The position numbers were made by a program, and so were the translations under genes. DNA of 64,000 bases from an uncultured Acidobacteriota bacterium (GTDB lineage Bacteria; Acidobacteriota; Thermoanaerobaculia; Gp7-AA8). The first letter of the stretch is position 1, and every line of letters begins with the position of its first letter. Positions 28,938 to 38,381 of the stretch are shown here, piece by piece. The notes under the pieces were generated by a model. It had not been told where the DNA came from. It saw only the letters and a list, made by a program, of their open reading frames with translations, and ran no database searches. The stretch lies in assembly GCA_963741955.1 (NCBI GenBank), contig CAVUKB010000005.1:32001-96000 (forward strand), in the 5' to 3' direction.

Positions 28938-29096
28938 GAGTCTGCGCGGTAGAAACTGTCCTACTGCGAAAGCGGATCAACGGTCCAAATCCGCCCGGAT
29001 TTTCGGCGAGTAGCCACCGCTACGCACCTCAAATCCGAACGAATTTGGCCTCGGTGCTCCGCTTTCTCGCTACGGACGTTTCTATCGCGCAGACTC
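28938..29096 (+). mobile_element. MITE-A copy 2 (159 bp)
   Basis: Same terminal IRs and interior as copy 1; followed by CTAG at 29097-29100. Confidence 0.9.
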
Positions 29097-29100
29097 CTAG

Positions 29101-29277
29101 CCCGCATTTCTCACACCATCTCTGCTGCGGAGCCGGATAGCGGCCTGTCTGCTACGTTGCGCACAGCTTCGGCTCCTCGACATAGTCACCACTATGCCTT
29201 CGTCGCCGAAGCTGCGCGCGCCTTGCATCCAAGTCACTCTCCGCCTCCTCGCGACGAGACGGTGTGAGAAATGCGGG
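29101..29277. mobile_element. MITE-B (177 bp) flanked by CTAG
   Basis: 17 bp perfect IR CCCGCATTTCTCACACC/GGTGTGAGAAATGCGGG; CTAG on both sides. Confidence 0.88.
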
Positions 29278-29281
29278 CTAG

Positions 29282-30872
29282 GAGTCTGCGCGATAGGACG
29301 TAAGTTCGGCGCTTCCTGATGATCTCGGGTGACGTCCGCTCGCGAGCGGCAGAACCGGGCCATCGAAGCGCCTTGGGGTTGATGGAGCCGTTCTCGGGGA
29401 GGTGGCAGCGCGAAACACTTGCTCGGCGGGACTTTTCGGGGTTGGATACTGCTCTGCCGGGGCTATTCGACCGCAACCAGAGCGCTCATTCGCTTCAGAT
29501 TGATCACCAGGCACACCAGAGCCCATTCGCCGGCAACTTTGCGCGTCCCGCGGAGACTGAATCGTCGAAAGCCGAGAACGTTTTTGACCCAGCCAAACAC
29601 CGGCTCAACGATCGCCTTTCGCCGGCGATAGACCGCCTTGCCTGCAGGTGAGTCCAACTTCTGCTTCATCCGCAGAGTAGCGGGGAGCGTCGTCTCAGCT
29701 GCGGTTTCTTTGCCTTCTCGTCCGAGAGAAACATACGCATCGATCTTCTTCTCCTCCAACTCGATGAACGAGCTTTCCGACTTGTAACCGGTGTCGGCAA
29801 CAACCTGGTCGGGGCTTGTTTCGCAATTCTGTTCGACCACCTCGACCAAAGGCACGAGTGATCCGCTGTCCGCCGCAGATTGTGTGATCTCGAATCCGAC
29901 GATGAGTTGGTTATCGGCATCGACTGCGATCTGCGCGTTGTAGCACTGCTGAAATCCTTCCTGGGACTTCATGATTCGGCTCTCGGAATCGGTGAAGTTC
30001 TCTTGCGCTTTGTCCTCAGGTACGCCGAACTTCCGTTTGAATGGCTTACCCTTCTTCCTGGCCGGATCATCGTCGCCTTCGGAGCGACCAGCCTTCGTGT
30101 CCAGTTCCCGCTGTCGCTGTTCGAGTCGCTCTCGTGCATCTCTGATCTTTCGGATGCGTGTTTCCCGGCGCTGGAGCTCTTCGGGCAACTCATCCCCGCG
30201 TCGATCAACCCCGTACTCGGCATCCTCCCGGGCATCCTCTTCCGCCGCTGTGGCCAAAATCTCCGCGATCTCCTTCTCGAGCTTCGCTTCTTCCTTCTTC
30301 ATCCGATCGTAGCTCATCGCCTTGTGCTTGCTGGCATTCGCTCGCACCTTCGACCCGTCGATTGCGATCCTCCCGAGCGTAACTAACCCTGCCTCCTGAG
30401 CGGTCCGAATGATCTGGACCAGCAATGAGCTGAATGCGTCCACGTTTTCAAGCCGAAAGTCGCAGATGGTCCGATGCGATGGAAAGTTCCCGGCTGCAAG
30501 ATACCGGACGGCGATATCTTCATCGATCCGCCGGGCAATCTTGCGCGAGGAGAACGTTCCCGTCAGGTACGAATAGGTGATCAACTTGAGCATCATCCTC
30601 GGCTCGTAGGGCTGCTTCCGCCTGCCGTCGCCCTTGTACCGCTCGTAGAATGCACTCAGATCAAGCTGATCGATCATGTCGGAAACGAAGTGCGCCAAGT
30701 GACCCTCAGGGAGCCACTCGTATGGCGAGGGCGGAAGCAGCAGCGACTGCTCCGGTCGGTATGGCCTATACGTGGTCGGCATGACCTAATCTTAACATAT
30801 TATCGTTACTACTAACCATTCACCTTTTATCATGCCGATTTGCCGCGAACCGGGTTTCTACCGCGCAGACTC
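29282..30872 (-). mobile_element. IS1182-family insertion sequence (1591 bp)
   Basis: IRs GAGTCTGCGCG(A/G)TAG; CTAG direct repeats at 29278-81 and 30873-76. Confidence 0.92.
29463..30782 (-). CDS. IS1182-family DDE transposase
   Basis: 'LLPPSPYEWLPEGHLA', 'AIDGSKVRANASKHK', 'TDSESRIMK', 'YNAQ', 'ADTGY', 'YRRRKAIVEPVFG'. Confidence 0.95.
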   Translation of the reverse strand: MPTTYRPYRPEQSLLLPPSPYEWLPEGHLAHFVSDMIDQLDLSAFYERYKGDGRRKQPYEPRMMLKLITYSYLTGTFSSRKIARRIDEDIAVRYLAAGNFPSHRTICDFRLENVDAFSSLLVQIIRTAQEAGLVTLGRIAIDGSKVRANASKHKAMSYDRMKKEEAKLEKEIAEILATAAEEDAREDAEYGVDRRGDELPEELQRRETRIRKIRDARERLEQRQRELDTKAGRSEGDDDPARKKGKPFKRKFGVPEDKAQENFTDSESRIMKSQEGFQQCYNAQIAVDADNQLIVGFEITQSAADSGSLVPLVEVVEQNCETSPDQVVADTGYKSESSFIELEEKKIDAYVSLGREGKETAAETTLPATLRMKQKLDSPAGKAVYRRRKAIVEPVFGWVKNVLGFRRFSLRGTRKVAGEWALVCLVINLKRMSALVAVE

Positions 30873-30955
30873 CTAGCGCTCCTGTTCCCGGCAGTTTCCG
30901 GAACCGCCGATATCCATTTTCGACTGGCTCATCCTTTGCTTTCTCGTCCTTGATC

Positions 30956-32791
30956 ATGACCGCCGTTATGGGGTCAATGCTCCTGGTCGAGGACGATCCG
31001 GGAGACGCGACTCTCATTCGCTCGATGCTGCGACGCGCAGATCCCCGGGATCTGCACATCGACTGGGTCTCGCGTCTCGACGACGGGATCAAGGCGCTCG
31101 GAGATCGGCTGGTCACGGAAGTTCTCCTCGACTTGAACCTTCCCGACTCGCGGGGTCTAGCCACACTCGAAGCCATTCGGAGGGCGAGTCCGGACGTCCC
31201 GATCATCATCCTCACCGGGATGGACGATCAGGCAATGGGAGCCGCCGCGATCGAGATGGGCGCGGATGACTACCTGGTCAAAGGGAGGGTCGACGCGGAA
31301 GCGCTCCGGCGTTCCCTCCTCTACTCGGCCGAGCGGCGCCGTGCCGAAAGGCGCTTCCGCACAGTCGTCGATCAGGCGCCGGTGGGAATCGCGATTCTGC
31401 GAGGAGGGAAACTCGAATACGCGAACCTCTCGTTGCGCAACATGATCGGGTACTCCCAGACAGAGCTCGAGGAACTGCAATCGATCGCCGAACTGATCGT
31501 GCCGGAGGAGCGAGATCATGCCCGCCGTCTGTTCCATGCCGATGCTCCGATGTCCGGAGGGGCAGAGCGAGTGGAGACCAGGATCCTGACCGCCGACGGG
31601 CGCGTTCTCGACGTCGAGATCCATCGGGTGAGCATCGAGCTGGGAGCGGAGTCTGCGGTCGTCGGATTCGTACTGGATCGGACAGAGGAGAAGCATGCGA
31701 CCGAGGTTCGCGCGCTTCTTGCGTCGATCGTCGAATCGAGCGGCGATGCCATCGTCGGGAAGACGCCGGACGGCGTCATTTGGGCCTGGAATCAGAGCGC
31801 CGAGCGGATCTTCGGCTACACCGCAGAAGAGGCGATCGGGCAGAACATCGCGATGCTGATCCCCCCCGATCGCGCCGACGAGTACCGACAGGTCGAGGAA
31901 AGTCTTTCCCATGGAGACCGGATCGAAAACCTGATCACGCAAAGGATCCGAAAGGACGGCACGATTGCACAGATCTCCGTGACGATCTCTCCGCTCATCA
32001 GCGAGAACGGAAAAGTAGTCGGCGCGGCAGCGATCTCGCGCGACATCACCGAACAGACCAGGATGGAGCGGCAGAAACGCGAGCTCTCCCGGCTCGAAGG
32101 CATTGGAAAAGCCGCCGCGACAGTCGCGCACGAGTTCAATAACGTGCTGATGGCTGTCGGCGCGTGGGCGGCCGTCATCGAGCGATCCGTGCACGAACCG
32201 GAGAAAGTCAGCAGTGCCGTCGAGCGGCTCTCCGGATCCATCGAGAGAGGCCGGCGGATCTCGGCGGAGATCCTTCAGTTCGGCAAACCGATGGAGATGA
32301 ACCTCACGGTAGTCGATCTCACCCGCTGGCTGAAGGACTTCGAGCAGGAACTGAGCGCAGCGGTTGGGGGAGCGGATCGGCTGGTGGTCAGAGTCGAAGA
32401 AGGAAGCCTCGTCGTCCGTGCGGACCCGCACCGTCTGATGCAGGTGCTCACGAATCTCCTCACCAACGCGCGGGATGCCACTCCTGCCGAGGAGCCGGTC
32501 GTGATCCACGCCGGCCGCTGCCCACCGGAGCTCCGCCCGCTCGTACTCGGTGAGATCGACCGCTTCACGTGCGTCGGCGTGACCGATTGTGGTGCGGGGA
32601 TGAGCGGCGAGACGTTGTCACACATTTTCGAGCCGCTCTTCACGACGAAGAAGGGGCGCGGAACCGGGTTCGGGCTGGCCGTGGTGCGCCAGATCATCAC
32701 CGGGTTCGGTGGGGAGATTTTCGTCGAGAGCGCACCGGGGAAAGGAACCACGTTCCGGCTGTTGATCCCGCGGGAGCCGATACGGAATTGA
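30956..32791 (+). CDS. Hybrid sensor histidine kinase (REC-PAS-PAS-HisKA-HATPase)
   Basis: 'LLVEDD', 'LLDLNLPD', two PAS domains, 'AHEFNN', 'NARDA', 'FTTK..GTGFGL'. Confidence 0.92.
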   Translation: MTAVMGSMLLVEDDPGDATLIRSMLRRADPRDLHIDWVSRLDDGIKALGDRLVTEVLLDLNLPDSRGLATLEAIRRASPDVPIIILTGMDDQAMGAAAIEMGADDYLVKGRVDAEALRRSLLYSAERRRAERRFRTVVDQAPVGIAILRGGKLEYANLSLRNMIGYSQTELEELQSIAELIVPEERDHARRLFHADAPMSGGAERVETRILTADGRVLDVEIHRVSIELGAESAVVGFVLDRTEEKHATEVRALLASIVESSGDAIVGKTPDGVIWAWNQSAERIFGYTAEEAIGQNIAMLIPPDRADEYRQVEESLSHGDRIENLITQRIRKDGTIAQISVTISPLISENGKVVGAAAISRDITEQTRMERQKRELSRLEGIGKAAATVAHEFNNVLMAVGAWAAVIERSVHEPEKVSSAVERLSGSIERGRRISAEILQFGKPMEMNLTVVDLTRWLKDFEQELSAAVGGADRLVVRVEEGSLVVRADPHRLMQVLTNLLTNARDATPAEEPVVIHAGRCPPELRPLVLGEIDRFTCVGVTDCGAGMSGETLSHIFEPLFTTKKGRGTGFGLAVVRQIITGFGGEIFVESAPGKGTTFRLLIPREPIRN

Positions 32792-32850
32792 GGCGCGCGA
32801 TCGCGTGATGAGCCGTCACCGGCGGCTGCGTTCCTCATACAATATCGTCC

Positions 32851-33828
32851 ATGAGAATCGTAGCGGGTGACATCGGCGGGACGAAGACCCTGCTTCAGAT
32901 GGTGGAGGTCGGAAGCGAGCGCCGCGAAGTGGTTCTGGAGCGGCGATACGAGAGCGGGCTCTATCCGACGTTCGATGCGATGTTCCGGGAGTTCGTTCAG
33001 CTCTCACCCGGCTCGATCGAATCCGCCTGTTTCGCGGTCGCGGGCCCGGTCCTCGGCGGCCGCGCCACGGTGACCAATCTTCCCTGGAAGATGGAAGAAG
33101 CGAAACTGTCGCGGGAGTTCGCGATCCCTTCGGCACGCCTGGTGAACGATTTCTACGCGGTTGCCGCCGGAGTGCCGCTTCTCGGGAGTGGTGACGTGGT
33201 CTCGCTGAATGGAGGGGATCGCGATCTCGACTGGCCGGTCGGAATCCTCGGTGCGGGAACCGGGCTCGGCGAGGCTTTCGTCATACCGGAGAAGCCGAGC
33301 GGTTGGCGCGTCCTCCCGTCGGAAGGAGGCCACGCGGATTTCGCACCGATGGACGAGCTCCAGTGCGACCTCCTCGAGTTTCTCTTCCATCGGTACGGGC
33401 ACGTCAGCTACGAGCGGCTCCTCTCCGGAGAGGGGTTGACGAATATCCACAATTATCTTCGTGATCATGTCTTCAAGGGAGAAACGAGTCCGGCGAGCGT
33501 CGCAGAGAGCGACGAGGAGATGCCGCCGCGGATCTCGCGTCTGGCTGAAGCGGGAGATCCGCTCGCTTTGCGCACATTCGAGGTGTTCGTCGACATCTAC
33601 GCAGCCGAGGCGGCGAATGTCGCGTTGAAGGTGATCGCGCGGGGAGGCGTCTATCTCGCGGGCGGCATCGCAGCGAAGAACGTGGCGCGGTTCGACGTGA
33701 AACGCTTCACTGCCGCGTTCACCAGAAAGGGCCGGTTTTCCGATTTCATGCTGCAGTTCCCCGTCGATCTGATCACGAATCCGAAAGTGGGCCTGATCGG
33801 GGCGGCGGCTCTGGCGGAGCGAGGGTAG
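32851..33828 (+). CDS. glk: Glucokinase
   Basis: 'GDIGGTKT', 'NDF', 'GAGTGLG', 'SEGGH', 'ERLLSG'. Confidence 0.95.
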   Translation: MRIVAGDIGGTKTLLQMVEVGSERREVVLERRYESGLYPTFDAMFREFVQLSPGSIESACFAVAGPVLGGRATVTNLPWKMEEAKLSREFAIPSARLVNDFYAVAAGVPLLGSGDVVSLNGGDRDLDWPVGILGAGTGLGEAFVIPEKPSGWRVLPSEGGHADFAPMDELQCDLLEFLFHRYGHVSYERLLSGEGLTNIHNYLRDHVFKGETSPASVAESDEEMPPRISRLAEAGDPLALRTFEVFVDIYAAEAANVALKVIARGGVYLAGGIAAKNVARFDVKRFTAAFTRKGRFSDFMLQFPVDLITNPKVGLIGAAALAERG

Positions 33829-33890
33829 CCGCAGAAACTGTCCTACTGCGAATGCGGATCAGCGGTGCGAATCCGTCCGCGAACGGCGAT
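33829..33890 (+). mobile_element. Degenerate MITE-A fragment
   Basis: AGAAACTGTCCTACTGCGAATGCGGATCAGCGGT matches the MITE-A 5' interior; terminal IR lost. Confidence 0.7.
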
Positions 33891-34138
33891 TCCCGCGGCT
33901 CAATCCCGGATCGAATTTTCACACCTGTTCGCGCGATCCTTGTGGCCGAAAAACCCGGGAGGCGAATCTCCGAAATTTGGATCGCGTGAGTTTCGTTCCC
34001 AGCGTGGCAAACCGGATTCGCCGTTCGGTACAGGTTCCCTTTCACTGCGTCGCGCTGAATTCGAGATTCGACGCGAGGCGGATGGTCGGGCGGCGAGCTC
34101 ACCTCCTCCGGTACGAATCTACGGAAGGTCTTCAAAGC

Positions 34139-35233
34139 ATGGGTCTGAGTGTGGGCATCGTCGGACTGCCGAACGTCGGCAAGTCCACCATCTTCAACGC
34201 GCTGACGGCTGCAGGTGCCCAGAGCGCGAACTATCCCTTCTGCACGATCGAGCCGAACGTCGGTATCGTTCCGGTTCCTGATCCACGGCTGGAGAAGCTC
34301 GCCGCGATGTCGCAGAGCAGGCAGACCGTGTACACCGATCTGAAAGTGGTGGACATCGCCGGGCTGGTTCGCGGCGCGAGCAAGGGCGAAGGTCTCGGCA
34401 ATCAGTTTCTCGCGAACATCCGGGAGACGGATGCGATCCTGCACGTGGTGCGATGCTTCGAGAACGCCGACGTCGTCCACGTCGAGGCGACGATCGACCC
34501 GGCCCGGGACATCGAGATCATCGAGACGGAGCTCCTTCTCGCGGATCTGGAGTCGCTGACCAGGCGGCTGGACCGGGTCGGGAGGCTCGCGCGCGCCGGA
34601 CAGAAAGACGCACAGGCGGAGGTGGCGGCGCTGGAAGCTGCGGTCGCAGCGGTGAACGAGGGGCGCCCTGCACGAGCGCTCGATCTGACCGAGGCGGAAC
34701 GGAAATTTCTCCGTCCGCTGAATCTTCTGACGCTGAAACCGGTCCTCTACGTCGCGAACGTCTCGGAGGCGGACATCGGAAGCGACTCCGCGTACGTGAC
34801 GCGGGTACGGGAGATCGCCGCCGGGAACGGGAGCCGGGTGGTGGTGATCGCAGGCGAGCTGGAATCGCAGATCCTGGAGCTTCCGGTGGGGGAGCGCTCC
34901 GAGTTTCTCCGGGAGATGGGTCTCGATGAGCCGGGGCTCAGTCAACTCGTGAGGAACGCTTATGCTCTGCTCGATCTGGAGACCTTCTTCACCACCGGGC
35001 CGAAAGAGTCGCGCGCCTGGACCATTCGCCGCGGTGCGAAGGCTCCGGAAGCAGCTGGTGCGATCCACTCGGATTTCGAGCGGGGCTTCATCCGGGCGGA
35101 AACCGTGGCGTACGATGTCCTCCTCGCCTGCGGAAGTGAGCAGGCGGCTCGAAGTGCGGGTAAGATCCGCAGCGAAGGAAAGGAGTACGTCGTCCAGGAC
35201 GGAGACGTGATTCTCTTTCGATTCAATGTCTGA
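34139..35233 (+). CDS. ychF: Redox-regulated ATPase YchF
   Basis: 'GIVGLPNVGKST', 'ANYPFCTIEPN', 'DIAGLVRGASKGEGLGNQFL', ends 'FRFNV'. Confidence 0.97.
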   Translation: MGLSVGIVGLPNVGKSTIFNALTAAGAQSANYPFCTIEPNVGIVPVPDPRLEKLAAMSQSRQTVYTDLKVVDIAGLVRGASKGEGLGNQFLANIRETDAILHVVRCFENADVVHVEATIDPARDIEIIETELLLADLESLTRRLDRVGRLARAGQKDAQAEVAALEAAVAAVNEGRPARALDLTEAERKFLRPLNLLTLKPVLYVANVSEADIGSDSAYVTRVREIAAGNGSRVVVIAGELESQILELPVGERSEFLREMGLDEPGLSQLVRNAYALLDLETFFTTGPKESRAWTIRRGAKAPEAAGAIHSDFERGFIRAETVAYDVLLACGSEQAARSAGKIRSEGKEYVVQDGDVILFRFNV

Positions 35234-36074
35234 CCAGAAGGGGGCGGTGACGGGTACGATCGAAGTGCGTGATTTCGAGCTCCAGTCGAGCGAAGGGCTT
35301 CCGCTGCGTGGTGTGCTGCACCTCCCGGAGCGCGCACGTGCGGCGGTCATCCTGGTGCACGGCTTCAAGGGATTCAAGCAGTGGGGCTTCTTCCCGTGGA
35401 TCGCCGAGCAGTTCGCAACGCACGGGTTCGCAGCGATCCGTTTCGACATGTCCCGCAGCGGGATCGGCCATCACGCGGAGACATTCGACCGGCTCGATCT
35501 CTTCCGCGACGATACGTACTCGATTCAGATCGACGATCTCCACAGGGTAGCCGAGTGGGCGACGCAGCTTCGGGACCTCGATCGGATTCCGCTGATTCTT
35601 TTCGGTCATTCGCGCGGTGGAGCAGTCGCGATCCTCGCCGCGCAACAGACCGAGCGACTTCGCTGCGTCGTTACGTGGAGCGCCATTGCTTCGACGGACC
35701 GATGGGACGACGCGACGAAAAAGGCGTGGAGGAAGGCGGGCGAGCTTTCGGTCGAGAACTCCCGCACCGGACAGGTCATGCCGATGTCGCCGCGGATCCT
35801 CGACGATCTCGAGGCGAACCGTTCCCGACTCGACGTGCTGGAGGCCGCGAAACGGATCGCCGTCCCGCTGCTGGTGGTGCACGGAGGACGTGACGAGTCG
35901 GTCTCGACCGATGACGGACGGGCGATCGCCGGCTCGGCACCGAACTCCTCACTTCTCATCGTCGAGAGCGGGACGCACACGTTCGGAGCGATCCACCCGC
36001 TGGTGCACATTCCCGAGGATCTCTCGCTCGCGAATGATGCGACGGTGCGGTTCATCGGGAGTTACGTCAGATAG
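35226..36074 (+). CDS. Alpha/beta hydrolase
   Basis: 'HGFKGFK', 'GHSRGG', 'HGGRD', 'HTF'. Confidence 0.9.
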   Translation: MSDQKGAVTGTIEVRDFELQSSEGLPLRGVLHLPERARAAVILVHGFKGFKQWGFFPWIAEQFATHGFAAIRFDMSRSGIGHHAETFDRLDLFRDDTYSIQIDDLHRVAEWATQLRDLDRIPLILFGHSRGGAVAILAAQQTERLRCVVTWSAIASTDRWDDATKKAWRKAGELSVENSRTGQVMPMSPRILDDLEANRSRLDVLEAAKRIAVPLLVVHGGRDESVSTDDGRAIAGSAPNSSLLIVESGTHTFGAIHPLVHIPEDLSLANDATVRFIGSYVR

Positions 36075-36100
36075 GCGCACCATCTCGCCGGCTCCGACTC

Positions 36101-37306
36101 CTATTCCTGGTCCTCGCTCTCTCCTTCGTGATGGTGAGGACGCGGTTCCGAGAACCGGCGTGGTCCGGTGCGACGGCGCCGGCGCCGCTTGCGCGGGCGT
36201 GACTCGCCACCGCCTGGCGCGTTTTCGTCTCGCGCTACCTCCGTTCCCCCGGTGCGCTCTTCGAGCTTCGTCTCGTCGATCAACCAGACCCACTGGTCCT
36301 CCAGCGGTTCGGTCGGAAGCTCCCGCTCCGGCCTCCGCCCCGATCGGCGCCGATCGCGTGATTCCGCCCGCGCGAAGTCCATCTTCCGCACGCGGATCAG
36401 AAGCTCTTCACTCAGACGCCGGTTCACCGAGATCAGATCCGCGACGAGTCCGATGAGCCAGGTCTGAAATCCCGCGATCAGAAGTACGGCCGCCAGGATC
36501 AGCGACTGGATGTGTCCCCCCCGCCCGTGCCGTGCGAGATCCCAGAAGAAGGGAGCGCTCGATGCGAGTCCGCCGAGGACCAGGAAAGTGCCGAGAGCGA
36601 AGAAGGTCTTGAGAGGCTTGTACGTCGTGTAGATCCGGAAGATCGTGGTCGCTGACTTCCGCACGTAACTGAAGATCCCCCGGTAGAGGCGCGACGGACG
36701 GGTGGGAGCGTTCGTCCCGATCACCACCGACTGGACTCGGAGGTTGCGGTTGCCGGCCTGGATGATCGTCTCCAGCGTGTAGGTGAACGGATTGAAGACG
36801 TTGATCTGAAACGCCGCATCGCGCGAGAAGGCGCGGAAGCCGCTGGTGACGTCCGGGAGGCGCACCCCGGAGGCGATGCTCACTGCCCAGCTGCCGACGC
36901 GTTGGAGGAACTTCTTCCCCGAGCCCATGTAGGGGGAATTCCGAGTATCTCTGTCTCCGACCACGACTTCCGCTTCGCCCTTCATGATCGGACGGACGAG
37001 CTTCTCGATGTCCGCAGAGCTGTACTGGTTATCGGCGTCTGTGTTGACGATGATGTCCGCCCCGAGGCGGAGCGCGGCGTCGATGCCTGCGAGAAAAGCG
37101 GTGGAGAGGCCACGGTGGTTGAGGAGGCGGACCACGTGCCTCGCTCCACCCCGGCGCGCCGCATCCACCGTCGCATCACTGCTGCCGTCATCGATGACCA
37201 CGGTCTCGATGCTGCGGATTCCCTCGATCTTCTTCGGGAGAGCGGCCAGCGTCGGTCCGATGGTTTTCTCTTCGTTGTAGGCCGGGATCTGTATGATCAG
37301 CTTCAC
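36101..37306 (-). CDS. GT2 (DPM1-like) glycosyltransferase with TM pair and Arg-rich tail
   Basis: GTG start 'KLIIQIPAYNEE', 'DDGSSD', 'TDADNQY', 'DVTSGFRA'. Confidence 0.9.
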   Translation of the reverse strand: MKLIIQIPAYNEEKTIGPTLAALPKKIEGIRSIETVVIDDGSSDATVDAARRGGARHVVRLLNHRGLSTAFLAGIDAALRLGADIIVNTDADNQYSSADIEKLVRPIMKGEAEVVVGDRDTRNSPYMGSGKKFLQRVGSWAVSIASGVRLPDVTSGFRAFSRDAAFQINVFNPFTYTLETIIQAGNRNLRVQSVVIGTNAPTRPSRLYRGIFSYVRKSATTIFRIYTTYKPLKTFFALGTFLVLGGLASSAPFFWDLARHGRGGHIQSLILAAVLLIAGFQTWLIGLVADLISVNRRLSEELLIRVRKMDFARAESRDRRRSGRRPERELPTEPLEDQWVWLIDETKLEERTGGTEVARDENAPGGGESRPRKRRRRRRTGPRRFSEPRPHHHEGESEDQE

Positions 37307-37403
37307 GCACTCGCACCCTGTCGTCTGGATTCGGTGCCTCATTGTATCTGTTGCGGGCGCGGATGGATGCAGCGGTGATGAGTGAAGCGAAGGGGAGAGT
37401 GGA

Positions 37404-38381
37404 TTGAGCGTCGGTGATGCGGTGCCCGAGGTGTCGATCGTCGTGGCGATGGACCGCGTCGGACCTGATCCGGAGCGGTGCATCGAACGGCTCCTGGGGC
37501 AGCGGACATCCCGCAGTTTCGAGATCATCGTCGTGGGAGGCGAGACTCCCGGCCTCACCTGCGATACGCATATCCGGACTCTCACGGAGCCGGACCGGAA
37601 CCCCGCTGTCCGTCGAAATGGAGGTGTGGCCCTCGCTCGGGGACGGATCTTCGCGTTCATCGACGACGACGCGTTTGCGGCGCCCGAATGGCTCGAGACG
37701 GCGATGGAGTATCTCGACACGCACCCCGACGTGCTGGCGCTCGGCGGTCCCGATCCGGCGCCGCTCGATTCTCCGCTCGGCGAGCTCGTCTCCGATACGT
37801 TGCTCTCGACCAGATGGATCGGAAGCGGGATTCTCTGCCATGAGGTGCCGGACGGCGTCTTTCGCGTTCGATCGCCTCACGATCTCGCTCTGGTCAACCT
37901 TTTCGTCCGCCGCGAAGCGTTCGAGGAGGGAGGGGGATTCGATCCGGTGATCGGCTATGTCGGGGAGGATACGGCGCTGCTCGAGAAGATCCTCGAGCGA
38001 GGAGCTGTGGTCTACCACTCCGGCGTCATCGTGCGGCACCGGAGGCGTGCGTTTCCGGGGTCGTTCCTCCGGCAGCGATGGCGCTACCGGGTGAAGACGG
38101 GACGGATGCTGGTGAGCGGCCCGCGCACCTACCGCCGGAGCGGAAAGCTGTGGATCTTCCTCGGCGGGGGAGCGGCGTTCGTCGCACTGCTCGTCGCGAC
38201 ACCGCTCGCCGCGCTCGCACTCCTGGCGGCCTATGGCGTCGCCGTCACCGTCCTCGCCATTCCCTCGACGCGTCTCCCGTGGTGGTCCTGGCCGCTCATC
38301 CCTTTCGCCTTCCTCGTGCACCATGCGAACTACTTCGCAGGCATCGTCACGGGTGCGGTGCTCGAGATCCTCGGCAAGTAA
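37404..38381 (+). CDS. GT2 glycosyltransferase with C-terminal TM helices
   Basis: 'RNGG', 'AFIDDD', 'GGFD', 'GED', 'RQRWRY'. Confidence 0.88.
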   Translation: MSVGDAVPEVSIVVAMDRVGPDPERCIERLLGQRTSRSFEIIVVGGETPGLTCDTHIRTLTEPDRNPAVRRNGGVALARGRIFAFIDDDAFAAPEWLETAMEYLDTHPDVLALGGPDPAPLDSPLGELVSDTLLSTRWIGSGILCHEVPDGVFRVRSPHDLALVNLFVRREAFEEGGGFDPVIGYVGEDTALLEKILERGAVVYHSGVIVRHRRRAFPGSFLRQRWRYRVKTGRMLVSGPRTYRRSGKLWIFLGGGAAFVALLVATPLAALALLAAYGVAVTVLAIPSTRLPWWSWPLIPFAFLVHHANYFAGIVTGAVLEILGK

